This document shows positions 36,031-50,497 of a stretch of DNA of 64,000 bases, piece by piece (positions within the stretch are counted from its first letter, which is position 1; each line of letters begins with the position of its first letter). Where the stretch lies: the NCBI RefSeq assembly GCF_001194135.2, contig NC_068988.1, positions 64,794,655-64,858,654 of the forward strand, written 5' to 3'. The stretch comes from Octopus bimaculoides (lineage: Eukaryota). The notes beneath the pieces were generated by a model that worked only from the letters and a program-made list of their open reading frames with translations, did not search any database and had not been told where the DNA came from. The position numbers and the translations under genes were made by a program.

Positions 36031-37919
36031 ATCAACATTACACAGCTCATATACAAATTAAACAACGACTTATAGGAATTAATTTCTCGTTTGTTGTGTT
36101 TGTAAATATTAGTCTCAATTTTTATTATCATTATTGTTGTTGTTGTACTTATTATTGTTGTTGTTGCCATTGTCAACAGAGAATTACAATTAAGTTGTTA
36201 GTTAACGACCAACGTTAGTGTTTTAATTGACTTAGATAACTTGTCCGCTTATAACGAGGTACTAGGAGTGGAAGTGTGTGGTGCAGCCATCTTTGTGTAT
36301 GTGCATTGATGTGTGTGTGTGTGTGTGTCAGTGTTTATGCTCCAGTATATGTGTGTGTGTACTTTGGTGTGTGTGCGTACATGTGAACTTCAATATGAAT
36401 ATGTGAGTATTTCTGCTTTGGTGTATGCTTATGTACTTCAGTATGTATGTGTTTTGGTATGTGTGTATATATATGTATGTATGTATACTTCAGTGTGTGT
36501 ATGCGCGGGTGATGTTATGATGGACATCAAACTCAGAGTCAATTCATGTATTGATCCACACATTTTAATTAACCAATAATATCAAAATTACAACTGAAAA
36601 CCCACCACAACCACTAACACCACTGAAGTCACCACTACCACTACCACCACCACCACAACCTCACTTATTGTTGCTGTTACAAAGGTGGGGGGGGGGGGCA
36701 AACTTTATATTTATATTTAATCTTTATTTGTTTTGTTTTGTTTTTATGCTTTTTATTTTTATATTTACGTCTTTTGTTATTCAACTCAGACCTTTTAACC
36801 ATTTTTAGGTAAAAAAAAAAACAAACAAACAAACCAAAAAACTATGATGCCTTAATTAATTTATGATTGCAAGACAATTGTTGGTTTTGCAGCTCTTGAA
36901 AGGAAGTTCTGTTTCTGATCAAACATTCTAACCATCATTTTCTTTGACCTTAACCATCATCGCCATCGTTGTCATAGTCGTCATCATCATCATATGACTT
37001 CTGTTATTGTCAACACCAGCAATGTCAATGATACTAAAATGTTTGAATATTAAACCACAAATTTATGGGTTCAAAAGCGCATGCATATCATTAATTCTTT
37101 TCCAATCCAAATATCCATGCACTACTCTATACATACATATAAGTATGCATGTGTGTGTCTGTGTGTGTGCAAGACTGGAAATAAAAAAGAGTCGCTTGTA
37201 TGACAGTAATGCTTGCTTACAACTTTCATGTGATCTCAAGACAAAGAGAGACAAACACACTCACTCACATATAATGAACTTCTTTCAGTTTCCTTTTACT
37301 AAATACTTGTAAGACTTTGACCAGTCAAGGGTTAAAGTAGAAGACACATGCATATATTTTATATAGCAGCTGTCATTTACCACAGATTTTTCACAATTCT
37401 GATTTCTTCAAAAATATTGCAGGGAAGCAGCATAACAAAAATATTTCATAAACACATTAAAACTTGAGGAGTTAAAAGTCAAAGAGTATTTTTTCTTTAA
37501 GTGGGGACAACCAATCAAATTGTGATGTACTGTTGGTTGATCATATTTGGATGTTTTTGCAAATTTTTTACCTATATAGTGTTATATTGCTTCGTTGCTT
37601 GAATCGTTAGTGCTGTCACATACATCAAACATTCCATTATGACAGGTGATGCTTTAGCCTCTAACAAAATACATACACACTCTCCTTCATATATTGAGAA
37701 TAGTTTCCTCATTTGTAAACACAAACGTTTACCAATTTATGTATCTCTTACTTTACCTGAAGATAATTTCCAGACTGAAACTCAGAGTGATAGTTATATA
37801 ATGTTACATAAAAATTTCACATTTTGTTATACCTTTTGTTTCTAACCTAAATATCCAGTCTGATACCTAAGTATTCAATACACTCTTCTTTGTTTGTACT
37901 AACCATACTACTCCTACTC

Positions 37920-37985
<66 letters not shown>

Positions 37986-38752
37986 TTAATACTACGTATA
38001 TGCATACATTTCTAGCTTGTGTATTCCTCTTCCTACCCATTCCCATACACAAATATACACATTCACAGACTTTATATACATTAAACTAAATAAATTCACA
38101 GAATAAACACTGAATATTGAAATTAAATCAAACTATTCATAAAATGTGTTATCATCATCACTATTCTCCCTCATCGTTATCAGCAGCAGCGGCAATGGCA
38201 GCAACATCATCATCACCATCATCACCATACTTATCTCTGAAACTTATTCACCCGTTAAACTAACCGGAATCTGTTTGTCTAGACTATAAAACAGAAGCAA
38301 TGATGTTAATAACTACAGCACCCAAGTCTTTGAAAACTACACCACCCAACTATTTAAGCATGCCATAATAATAATAATAATAATGATAATCGCAAATTAA
38401 CAAAATAAAAAAAAGACAGAAAGAAAACAGTAAAAATAAAATAAATGGGAAAAAATGGCCAAATGAGTTTGGCATCGAGACTTGAAGCTGCCATCTTTGC
38501 AACGTGAGATAATTCAAGATTCCATTGATCTCTTACTTTCAGACTTTCGTTCAGAAAGTCAAAGTCAAAACACAGAATACCATTTTAATTAATACAAAGT
38601 TTAACAAAAGAAAACAAAAAAAGAAAAAAATTTTAAATTAATCTTTGTTTGGAAGCATTTTTTTTTTTTTGTTGGTTTTGCTGTTATTTTCTTTCTTTCG
38701 TTTTTCTTAGGATTTTCTGAAACTTGTTTCAGAATTCCTATTATTATTATTA

Positions 38753-38799
<47 letters not shown>

Positions 38800-39548
38800 T
38801 TAAATCTTAAATGAGATATTACACAAAATCTTAAATTAAATATTTCATTAAAAGGTGTCAGATGTTATGCAATTAGGTTAATGCCTCATAATTTGTTGTG
38901 TGTATCTTTTTGTTTGTTTCTTTTTTACCTTGTTTATGTTTTATTTCAATACATAGCTTTTTTTTTTCGTAGGTTTTGTTTTCACTTTTATTAACATATA
39001 TAATATTAATAGATGTACATATACAAAGATTGAACTCACAAAAAGTTAGTTTTATTGCAAAACTAATGAAGGTCACCAGCCCTCAACCTTTTGTCTTGCA
39101 ACATGGACTAGTTTTCTACAAGACAATTATTCCATGGACTGGGGGATCATGGACTGGGGGATCATGCACATGATAAAACACCAAGTGCATGATATATAAT
39201 TTATTACATCATCATCATCGTTTAACGTCAATTTTCCATGCTAGCATGGGTTGGACGATTTGACTGGGGACTGGCAAACCAGATGACTACACCAGACTCC
39301 AATCTGATCTGGCAGAGTTTCTACAGCTGGATGCCCTTCCTAACGCCAATCACTCCGAGAGTGTAGTGGGTGCTTTTTATGTGCTACCGGCACGAATACA
39401 TTTATATATATATATATATATNNNNNNNNNNNNNNNNNNNNNNNNNNNNNNNNNNNNNNNNNNNNNNNNNNNNNNNNNNNNNNNNNNNNNNNNNNNNNNN
39501 NNNNNNNNNNNNNNNNNNNNNNNNNNNNNNNNNNNNNNNNNNNNNNNC

Positions 39549-40135
39549 ATTTGTGTGTCTGTGTCTGTCACCTCACCATCGCTTGACAACCGATGTTGGT
39601 GTGTTTACGTCCTCGTAACTTAGTGGTTCAGTAAAAGAGACTGATAGAATAAGTACTAGGTTTACAAAGAATAAGTCCTGGGTTTGATTTGCTCGGCTAA
39701 AGGCGGTGCTCCAGCATGGCCACAGTCAAATGACTGAAACAAACAAAAGAAATGTAATGCAGAAACACCTTGGAAATTGTTTCAGTCATTAGACTGTGGC
39801 CATGCTGGAGCACCACCTTGAAGAGTTTTTTAGTCAAACGAATTGCCCCAAGTACTTTGTTTTTTTTTATAAACCTGATACTTATTCTATCAGTAGTCTC
39901 TTTTGCTGAACTCCTAAGTTACAGGGACATAAACACACCAGCACCACTTATCAAGTGGAGGGAGACAACACACACACAATGGGCTTCTTTCAGTTTTGAT
40001 CTACCAAATCCACTCACAATGCTTTGGTCGGCCCAAGGCTATAGTAGAAGACACCTGACCAAAGTGCCACACACTGGAACTGAACCTAGAACAATGTGGT
40101 TGGGAAGCAAGCTTCTTACCACACAGCCACGCCAG
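39549..40135. mobile_element. Two family A SINEs tail-to-tail: 39549-39750 (+), 39777-40135 (-)
   Basis: ctccagcatggccacagtcaaatgactgaaac versus tttcagtcattagactgtggccatgctggagc. Confidence 0.8.
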
Positions 40136-40911
40136 TGCCTATAAAATTTTTTTTTAAATTTATTCTTTCTGTGCAAATTAATATGAAATGGTCCACAGCC
40201 CAGTACAGGCCCATGACCCAGTTGCAGACCCCTGTTACATGTGGTCACTCAACCTGCCAAAAATAGCAGCTAAATTACCTTCGAATCACACTTCCGTTGT
40301 CTTGCAAAAGCGAAGACCACATTGGGTCACAAAGTCTAACTTGGATTTGACCACCATAAAAGATAGAAATTCTATCTAGGTCTCTGTGTGTGTGTGTGTG
40401 TGCGCTGTTGAAAGAGGTGGGTGGGGTGAGAAGAGAGATGGTAGAGCCAGTAATTTTTCCTGCATCGCAGAAATTTAATTATTCAGCTAAATAATTTATC
40501 AAGAGCTGAGAATTTATTCATTTGCACATTTATTTACTTATTAGCCTTGTTGTTATTATGTCATCATCATCATCATCATCATCCTCATCATCCTCATCAC
40601 CTTCATTTTTATCATCATCCTCTATCAATCAGTTTTCAACATCATCATCACCACCATGAACATCTCTATCATCATGATCATCATCATCACCATCAACAAC
40701 ACTATCATCACTATAATCACCATCATCTACATTATCATTAACGCCAACACCATTCGCATCAGAGCCATCATAATAACCATCACCACCACTACTGCCACCC
40801 TCTCGTGTTCCTGTAGTTTAGCTTTGATACTACAAATTATGTTGCAGTTCAAATTATGTTAAAGCTACATCATTATCTTACAGCTTTTTGTATATTTTTT
40901 TATTCACATAT

Positions 40912-40943
<32 letters not shown>

Positions 40944-41059
40944 CCTTTTTTTACCTCTTGATTCTGATTAAATCTTTCTCAACTAAGTCATCTGCCTTTA
41001 CATAACATTCTTGAAAGATTTTCACATATCTTTTACTTTTGCACTTTCTTATTACAAGA

Positions 41060-41111
<52 letters not shown>

Positions 41112-41907
41112 CATCATCATTGTTATTATTATTATTATTTAGTCTAGTAATCTTATAGTCACTGCATAACAGTGCCACAATTCTTTGTGCTGTGCCTTGG
41201 GTATTACACGGAGTATATTTTGTTAATTTTTATTCTGGTTTTGGTTTTGTACTAATAATACTAATACTACCACTACAACTACAACTACTACTGCTAATGA
41301 TAATAATAATAATTTTCTCTGTCGCCATCGTCATCATTACTATGTTAGCAGTTGCTAAGTTTTTTTTGCTTTTTTCCCCACCACTGCCAACGTAATCTTT
41401 TAAAGAACGGCAAGCAGATATGATTATACCTTTCTTGGTAGAAAAATATATCAAATCAACTTTATTCTCATAAAGTTCGTTATTGCTTCCTTTCTTTCTT
41501 TCTTTTTCTTTTTTTTTTTCTTTTTTTGCATATGATTTGCATTTGCTTATCTCTTTCGACTTGTCCTCATTTACCATTTATTAAAAATTCCTTATCTCAA
41601 ATCGAATAAATATTTTTGTCCATTTTGCAGACATATTATTTTTCCCCACCTAAAAATATCATAACCATTTTTGGTGGGGGTTTTTTTCTCCTTTTTTACT
41701 GTTTTTATGCTGTTTCCTAGTGAGAAGAATGAGCATCAATTTCTAAGGATGTTCCTTAAGTTTGTCTCTTATTATTTCATATTGACTGCAAACTTACTGT
41801 TTGTTGCTATTCTTCATTACAAAACCATTTGGGAAAAATAAACAGACAGCGAAAAACGTGCAGGAAACAAATACTGTGCATGAGATCTATACTTCAGCTT
41901 GGCTGCA

Positions 41908-42040
41908 ATCTCCACCCCACATTAAAATGCAATCCCCCACCCTACATTAAAATGCAAAGCCCGCCCCACATCAAAAATACAGTGCCCACCCTACATTAAA
42001 ATGCAATCCCTACCTCACATCATAATGAAACCCCCACACA
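41908..42040. repeat. Minisatellite, about 24-bp unit (cccaccctacattaaaatgcaatc), 5-6 copies
   Basis: Direct repeats visible in the sequence. Confidence 0.75.
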
Positions 42041-43356
42041 CACACTAAAGCATTTATGACCACCAAGAGAACTTCCTTGCTGGATTTAGCAGCCAAATCC
42101 CTCCCTCAAATTGTACCATACTATCCTTCAGAATGACACATTAAATAATATAGTCCTAGATATATATAAATCTGAATAATAGGTAGAATGGTCATGGCTG
42201 AAAAGTCTTAGATCATTGCTCTACTAAATTAAGGCTGACCTGGTGTTTAACAACCGCTAACACACCCAATCTCAATCACATTCTTCTTAGAATTAGGGGC
42301 CAATTTTACTGAACCAGAATTTTCAATTCAAGCCAAATATAACAAGCTACTCCAAATTGTTGTTTGAGTATCCATGTAAGTTGAACCGGGACCAGCTAGT
42401 TTGTACTGGCATCAAATCATACCGGTGGAGATAATGAAGTCAAATCAAATAGTGACATTTTGAAATCACTTGTTCTGAGTTCAAATTCCACATTCATGTA
42501 CACCAAACCACAAAAGCATACATATATTTATGTGTACACACGTACACACACATTATCGCTGGTGTTGTTTTAACACCAACAACAGAGAGAAATCTACCTC
42601 CATTTGGTAAAATGCACACACATACATACACATGCATTCATCCATGCAAATACATTAATAGATATCCGTCTGCCACACACAGATAACACATACACACACC
42701 CATTCATACTTATTTGCACATTCATATAACACATCAACATACATAGACGCACACACAACACCACATCACACACACAGAAGCAATACTGTTGCATTAAAAA
42801 AGAAAGCCTCTTTCTGAGTACAAAGACAAATTAGCTGTTTAAAATCTGCACTAATTAACCAAATGTATTTCATGACATTTCAGATAATCTTGTTTGTTTG
42901 TTATTTTTTATCATCATCATCAGCCTCATGCACTCACACACATACACACACACACACACACACATAGATATACATAGATAAACACAAAAACATACACACA
43001 CATATATATAGATAGATAGGTAATTAGTTAGAGAGATAGAGACAGATAGGGGTAGATAGGCAGATATATAATGTGTACTAATTGTAGAAATGTTTGTTAT
43101 TTCATCGCAACGTTTTAAATTCCTGTATCCAATATTAAAAAATAAAAAGAAGGAAAATATATTGATTTCAAATTTTAGCACAAGACCAGCAATTTCGGGG
43201 GGGAGATAAGTCAGTTGCAACAACACCAGTACCAAACTGGTACTTATTTTATCGACCCTGAAAGGATGAAAGACACACCAGCACTAACCAGTCAAGCGAT
43301 AGTGGAGGACAAACACAGACACAAAGACACGCATACATAGATGATATATATAGGTG

Positions 43357-43690
43357 CAGGCATGGCTGTGTGGTAAGAAGCTTGCTTCCCAAACACATGG
43401 TCTGGGTTCAGTCCCACTGTATGGCACCTTGGCCAAGTGTCTTCTGCTATAGCCTCAGGCTGACCAAATCCTTGTGAGTGGATTCGGTAGACAGAAACTG
43501 AAAGAAACCCATCATATATATATATATATATATATACGGTGGGCTTCTTTCAGTTTCCGACTACCAAATTCAATCACAATGCTTTGGTCAGCCTGATCCT
43601 ATAGTAGGAGACACTTGCCAAAAGTGCCATGCAGTGGGACTGAATTCAGAACCATGTGTTTGGGAAGCAAGCTTCTTACCACACAGCCAC
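43357..43690. mobile_element. Two family A head modules in fold-back arrangement around (TA)n
   Basis: Arms about 43362-43510 (+) and 43541-43689 (-). Confidence 0.85.
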
Positions 43691-44891
43691 ATCTTGAAAC
43701 CTAGAATTCATGAGGCGAAAGATTAACCCAGTTTCCCTAGCTTATAGGTATCTGAGATTACAATACAATCCCCCTGAATGGGGTGCCAGTGCATCAAAGA
43801 GTTAACTTCCCAACTGTTGCTGGAACTTATTTACATCTGACTGAACTGAAGTAGAGTAAAATGAAGTGTTTTGCTCAAGAATACAATGCATCACCCAGTC
43901 CAGGAATTGAAACCTTGATCTTAAGATTGTAAGTACAACACCCTAACCATTAGGCCATGTGCCTTCATAATCATTAAAGTATCACAAATAAAAAGTGCTT
44001 GCAGCCTTTATTCAAGCTCTTTATTTTCTGAGTTCAAACCCTACCAAGGGCAACATTGCCTTTTATCCTTTTAGGGTCAATGAAGCCCTAAATAGAGTGG
44101 TGCCTCAGTTTATGAATGCCTTTCATTATGAGCAAATTGATTTACAAGCAATTTTTCAAATGTTAAACATCTCAGGTGACAAATGATGTCTCGAGTAACA
44201 AACACAGAAGTTAGAAACAATGATTGGTGACAAGCTGGGAGAATCAGTACAGAGGAGCATTTGTTGCTGTCTAGCTTGCATTCTGTGCACATACCTGCTT
44301 GACTTTGCTGTGCATTCTCTTGAATTTCCCAAAGGAAAAACGGTTTCAGTTTACAAACCTTTCAGGTGACAAACGACCTTCAGGAATGGATTACATTCAT
44401 AAATCAAGGTTCTACTATACTAGAGTCAAGGATATCAACAAACCATTTGAACCACTCAAAATTGCTGATCTTGTGCCTAAGTTAAAAACAATTACAATTT
44501 AAAGCACTGGGGACAATATATTTGACTGATCCTTTTCTTCCTATAATTACTGGTCTTGTTCCTATATTTGAAACGACTATAGGTTGTGCAAAACACATTC
44601 AAATCAGATTTTTGAAGGTGATGGATTGACAGTCATTCAAGTACCGGAAAACATGAGAGAGACAGAGAAAGATGCAAGATCAAGGTAGATGGGGAATATG
44701 AGAGACAGGAGAGGAGAAATAAATAAATAGAGAGAGAGAGAGACACACACACTGTTTGAATGTTTCTGCAAATAGTTGTCCTCAGTCAGGACTGACCCAG
44801 GGCTAAACATCACTTAATTCCTGCCTGTTGACTATGACATTATTGATCTCTTTCTCAGTGTTTTAAACTACATAACATTATAACCCAGTTA

Positions 44892-45320
44892 TCTGAGTTC
44901 AAATCAAGCTAGCCCTTATTTTACCTGTGCTCTTTCATATAAACAGCCCTTATTTTACCAGGATCTTTCATATTTACTGTTCTTTATTTTATCAGTTCCC
45001 TTTCATATAATCCATCCCCCATTTTATTAGAGCTCTTTCATATAAACTGGACCTTATTTTATTAGAGCCCTTTCACATAAAACCCTCCCTCTCATTTTAT
45101 CACGGGCCCTCCCATATTTACTGGCTTATATTTTACCTGGCCCTTACTTTATCATGGCCTATGATGATAATAATGAACCTTAATTTTTATCAGGTCCCCT
45201 TGCATATAAATTGGTTTTTATTTGATTAGGACCCTTTCATATAAATTTGCACTTATTTTAAGGGGGTCAATAAAATTAGAACTATTGATGAAATGATTTA
45301 ATTCAATTACCCCTAACTAA
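44892..45320 (+). repeat. Family B SINE interrupted by an internal 33-35-bp tandem array (about 9-10 units)
   Basis: B-box tctgagttcaaatc, then ctttcatat anchors at 44932, 44965, 45000, 45035, 45070 ... 45234, then ggggtcaataaaatt. Confidence 0.65.
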
Positions 45321-45489
45321 CCCCTACTATTTATCTGAAGTCCTTAGTGGGCAGAAAAGGATGGTGGGGGTATGTAAAGAGAAAATTATCATTATTATTG
45401 TTATTATTGTTTTTGTTTTCTTGTCAAATTACATAAGAAGAAGCACTGAGTCACCTCATATTGTGTTTATTGATTAGAGATGTGTGTGC

Positions 45490-46470
45490 TCCAAATGAGG
45501 TCAACCTCACCTTTTATCGTCATCATCTTTACAGTCATTACCATCACCATCATCGTCATCACATACCAACATTATTATCAACATCATCATCAACATCATC
45601 ATTATTTAACATCATTTTCGCCATCATTAGAATACAGCACCACCACCACTGCTATCTCTACTGCAACTACCACTATAACTATCACAAACAGATCGTTGTC
45701 AATATTAGCATGGTTGTCATCATCACCAGAATTAGCCACCGTCGATACCATCGGTGGCGGCAGCGTTGTCATCATCATCATCATCATCGTTGTCATTGTC
45801 ACCTTCAGTAGCAGCCAAGTAGCATTAGCAGCCGACAGCATTTTTTATGGTGAGGCATAAACAACAAAATTAAGACTCACGAGGAAGCATTACCAATCAC
45901 CATCATCATCATCATCATTATTGCCATCATCAGTATGGTCATTATCATCATCATCACTTATGTCATCATAATCATCATCATCACCACCTGTCATCCTCAT
46001 CAGTTATGTCATCATCATCATCCTCATCATCATCATCAGTTATGTCATCTTCATCCTCATCATTACCCTCATCATCATCATCATCATCATCACCTATGTC
46101 ATCATCATCACCTATGTCATCATCATCACCACCATCATCATCACCATCATCAACATCATCATCGTCGTCATCATCAAGTAAATACTACAACAAATTCTAC
46201 CACCAGCTTTCATTAGCACCACCATCACCATCACCACCATCACCAGTGCAATATCAATACTATAACTAATACATAAGCCCACACCCACACTTCCTCCCAC
46301 CACTACCACCACTACTACTACTACTATTACTAATCATGCTACTCACTACTACTACCTCTACTACTCATGCTACTACCTGCAAATATCACAGTCAGCCGTC
46401 AATACAATTAGTCTCAACACCACCACCTTCATCATCATCATCATCATCGTCATCATCATCGTTATAATAA
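45490..46470. repeat. Compound (CAT)n/(CAC)n/(ACT)n tract
   Basis: Source of the poly-His/Ser/Ile ORFs. Confidence 0.85.
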
Positions 46471-47042
46471 TAATGATCGATCTTTGGTGACCTTGTTTTC
46501 TTTTTTTTTTGCTATGTATTTTTATGATTTTTTTTTGTTGTTCTTTTTTTCCTTATATTTATTTATACTTCCTCACTGACTTTTTCTCAGTTATCCCGAT
46601 ATCTCTCCTCTGTACTCAATCCTCCATACTCTAAAAACAAGTTCATCGACATGTTGTCNNNNNNNNNNNNNNNNNNNNNNNNNNNNNNNNNNNNNNNNNN
46701 NNNNNNNNNNNNNNNNNNNNNNNNNNNNNNNNNNNNNNNNNNNNNNNNNNNNNNNNNNNNNNNNNNNNNNNNNNNNNNNNNNNNNNNNNNNNNNNNNNNN
46801 NNNNNNNNNNNNNNNNNNNNNNNNNNNNNNNNNNNNNNNNNNNNNNNNNNNNNNNNNNNNNNNNNNNNNNNNNNNNNNNNNNNNNNNNNNNNNNNNNNNN
46901 NNNNNNNNNNNNNNNNNNNNNNNNNNNNNNNNNNNNNNNNTGTGTATGTATCTTTTTCATGTAACTATGTGTGTGTGACATTGTGTAGAGAGTTGGACAT
47001 TTTTTGTATATATGTATGCGTACCAATATTCACTTTCTCCTC

Positions 47043-47080
<38 letters not shown>

Positions 47081-48449
47081 TTGTGTATCTTTATGTAGTT
47101 GGAGATTTTTTGAGTGATTACAGGCTGGTATGTGTGTGTGTGTGTGTGTATATATATATGTATATATATACAATATTTATATATGGTTAGGGGTTATTTG
47201 CCTTTATTATTATGTTTGTTGTTGTTGGGTTATCAAAAGGAAGCATATAGGATGATGGTTATTAACTTGTCATTTTTGAGTGTGTGTGTGTATATATATA
47301 AATATATATATAGATAGATAGATACCAAACTCATTTTTCACTCTGTGACAGTGTGTGCATACACATGTTGTATGAATATATGTGTGTTTCTGTCTCACAT
47401 TAATTTAGCCGTATTACATACCAGTTTAGTTATGTGTGTGTTTAAATTAAATAATGCTATATATCCGAGTTGTCAACTGAACAATGAGTTTGAAACATCA
47501 GATGCTCCTTCTGTTCTCTTCTGCTCCCCACAACAGACAAACTTATCCAAACTTTTAAATTTCATTGTGTAATTTTTGCCACCATAAATCACCACCAGTA
47601 GCCTAAACCTCTGTCTTTATATATATATATATATATGAATATGTATATCGATGTGTGTGTGTGTGAATATGAACAAATGTATGCTCATTTCTATATGATG
47701 TGTTTGTTGTACATGTGTATTGCACTCCAGTCTATGCAGACAGACAGACAGACAGACAGATAGATAGATAGATAGATAGATATGTATAATGGCTATATGA
47801 ATTTGTCTGTTACTTAGTTGTTATTTGTGAAGATATACATTTATTAGTATTATAAGTGAGGGTATATATGTATCTGTGTGTGTGTGTGTGTGTGTGTATA
47901 GATGAACGTGTGTGTATTTGCATTCATACCTATTCTATGATATGCCTGAGTCATTTCTGTAGCACCCTCAGGGAATTTCCCCATTTTGTAATGCCTCTGT
48001 TTACCAGTGTTGTGTAATTTGTACAGTTCATAATCTGCTATGTATATTGATACGTAGTATCTTAGAATTCATTTTGAGACAATGCTTTTTATTCACACAC
48101 ACACACACACACACATATATATACACACATACAATCTGAACTTGCATATATGCGTATGAATATTAACAAACACAGAACTAATTTCCATTAACTACTGTGA
48201 CAATCATATATAGTTTTTATACATTCTGTATGTGTATGTGTAATATAATGCAATGTGTGTGTGTGTGTGTGTGCATGTATGTTTGTGGGCATACTCAGTA
48301 ATCTATCATTTACTGTGATTGCTGTGTGTTTTGTGTGTATAGATTGATGTAGATAGAGACAGAAAGATAGATGTGTATATCTGCGTGTTGTGTGCATTTC
48401 TGAGTGTGCATCTGTGTATGAGTGTGTGTGTGTGTGTGTGTGCCTTTTG

Positions 48450-48499
<50 letters not shown>

Positions 48500-48699
48500 T
48501 GCTCCAAACAAGAAGACTGGAACTCGGCATGAAAAGCAACGCATACGTTATTCCTTTATTGTTCGGCTGTAAACCTTCGTAAGTGGCTAACTTGATTAGC
48601 GCTACGCACGAAACTCTAGTCCCTTGAGTCACACTGATGTAACTTTACAGCTACATAATAAAGCGATACACATAAGTATGCTTGTATATGTGTATGTGA

Positions 48700-48736
<37 letters not shown>

Positions 48737-48986
48737 CACACACATATACACAAATGTGTGGGCATGTATGTTTCTATATGATTATAGTTAATGACTTTCT
48801 TTTCCTAAGCCATCTAATCTAGCCAGCTGCTTAGCTTATCTCCAGCTTCACTTCTCCCCCTCACTCACTTCACTCTTCTCATACCTACCCCCATATACAA
48901 ACCTGTCTCCCTAATCCACCCCCACATCTCACACACGCCTGCCTGTTACCCATCTACATTATCCATCATTTTAACAATGCTTACCT

Positions 48987-49031
<45 letters not shown>

Positions 49032-49295
49032 AACAAACAACTCCGCTCTGACATTCTCTTCTTCATCCTCCTCTCCGTCTCTCTTTTACCGTTTTACTCT
49101 CTCACATCCATCGCCTTCCCTTTCTTTAATCCTTATTCTTACCTCATCCCAATACACCCTGTACTCCATTTCACCCCCTTCTATTCCATAACATTAGTTC
49201 ACTCTAACCACTATCACCACCACCACCACCACCACCACCACTCTCTTTGTCTTCTTCTGTCTCTTCATCACTACCATCATCATCATCATCATCTT

Positions 49296-49327
<32 letters not shown>

Positions 49328-49543
49328 CACACACGCACGCATGCACACTGATCCCTCTCGTTTTCCTCCCTTGTTTCTCTCTCTCTCAATGTCAGTCATT
49401 AGTCATCAATCATCATCATTATCATGACTGTCACATACACACACACAGACACTACTCTCTTTTCTCTCTCTCTTTCTCTTACCCCTGTCTTCGTCATCAT
49501 CATCACCATCACCATCATCAGTTACCTACACACACACTGCTTG

Positions 49544-49574
<31 letters not shown>

Positions 49575-50388
49575 CCTCCCTTTGTCAATATCAGTCATTA
49601 GTCATCAATGAACATCATCACCAGCACACAGCAAATGTACTTACTTATAACATCATTAACAACACAAGCAGAATATTTTCATTTGTCATTTTCATTATCA
49701 TTGATTTCATCATCATCATCATCATAATCACTATGAACATCACCATCTAATTCTTTGCACACGTGATGCAACCCACATGTCTCTCTCTCTCTCTCTCTCT
49801 TTCTCTCTTTCCCCCCAAACCTATTCACCTATCATCAACATTTCCAACATGATCAGGAGCCAGCCAGGGAACCTCTATGTGGTCCCCCCTACAAACTGGA
49901 AAATAGCAGTGAAATCTCCCTCAAAACTGCATCCTACAAGGGGACATTAAATAATTCTGTCCAAGATATATAATTCCAGAAAGAAAAAAAAAACAACAAT
50001 GGTATGGTCATGGCTGGAGTGATCTTTGATCATCAATCTATCTTGTCTGCTTCATATGGAATGACCTAGGGTTAAACAACACCACCACTATAATCATTTT
50101 CCTTTGTCTACATGTGCACACACGTGGAAACACACACACACATACATACACATACACATGATTATCTCCCTTTAAACTACTCAGTCATATTTTTTTGACA
50201 TTTCTCACACACTCCCTCCCTCATTATTTTACTTTCTCCTACTATCTCTCTCAATCTATCTAGCTCTGCCTTTCTCTCCTGTATCTGCATACTCCAACTA
50301 CCCCAACAATACACTAAATACTTCACTCTTACTTCTACTCTTCCATTAGTTACAAGGCATTTCTAATCACCTGGATTGTGTGTATGCA

Positions 50389-50422
<34 letters not shown>

Positions 50423-50461
50423 AGTGAACATGTGTGTGTGTACATGCATATGTGTGAGAGT

Positions 50462-50497
<36 letters not shown>

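Noticed and set aside
35510-36061. Pro/Leu/Thr-rich (mucin- or extensin-like) ORFs
   Set aside because: Trinucleotide tract open in multiple frames on both strands; no splice or domain evidence.
36280-38480. GCCATCTTT (YY1/Pho-like) words in two unique islands (about 36287 and 38468)
   Set aside because: Two short words 2 kb apart are not distinguishable from chance.
41718-41840. 40-codon hydrophobic open frame after an AG
   Set aside because: Length expected by chance in T-rich sequence; no supporting exons.
45461-46312. Poly-His/Ser/Ile ORFs (also 40547-40862, 60929-61291, 63173-63720)
   Set aside because: (CAT)n/(CAC)n microsatellite artefacts.
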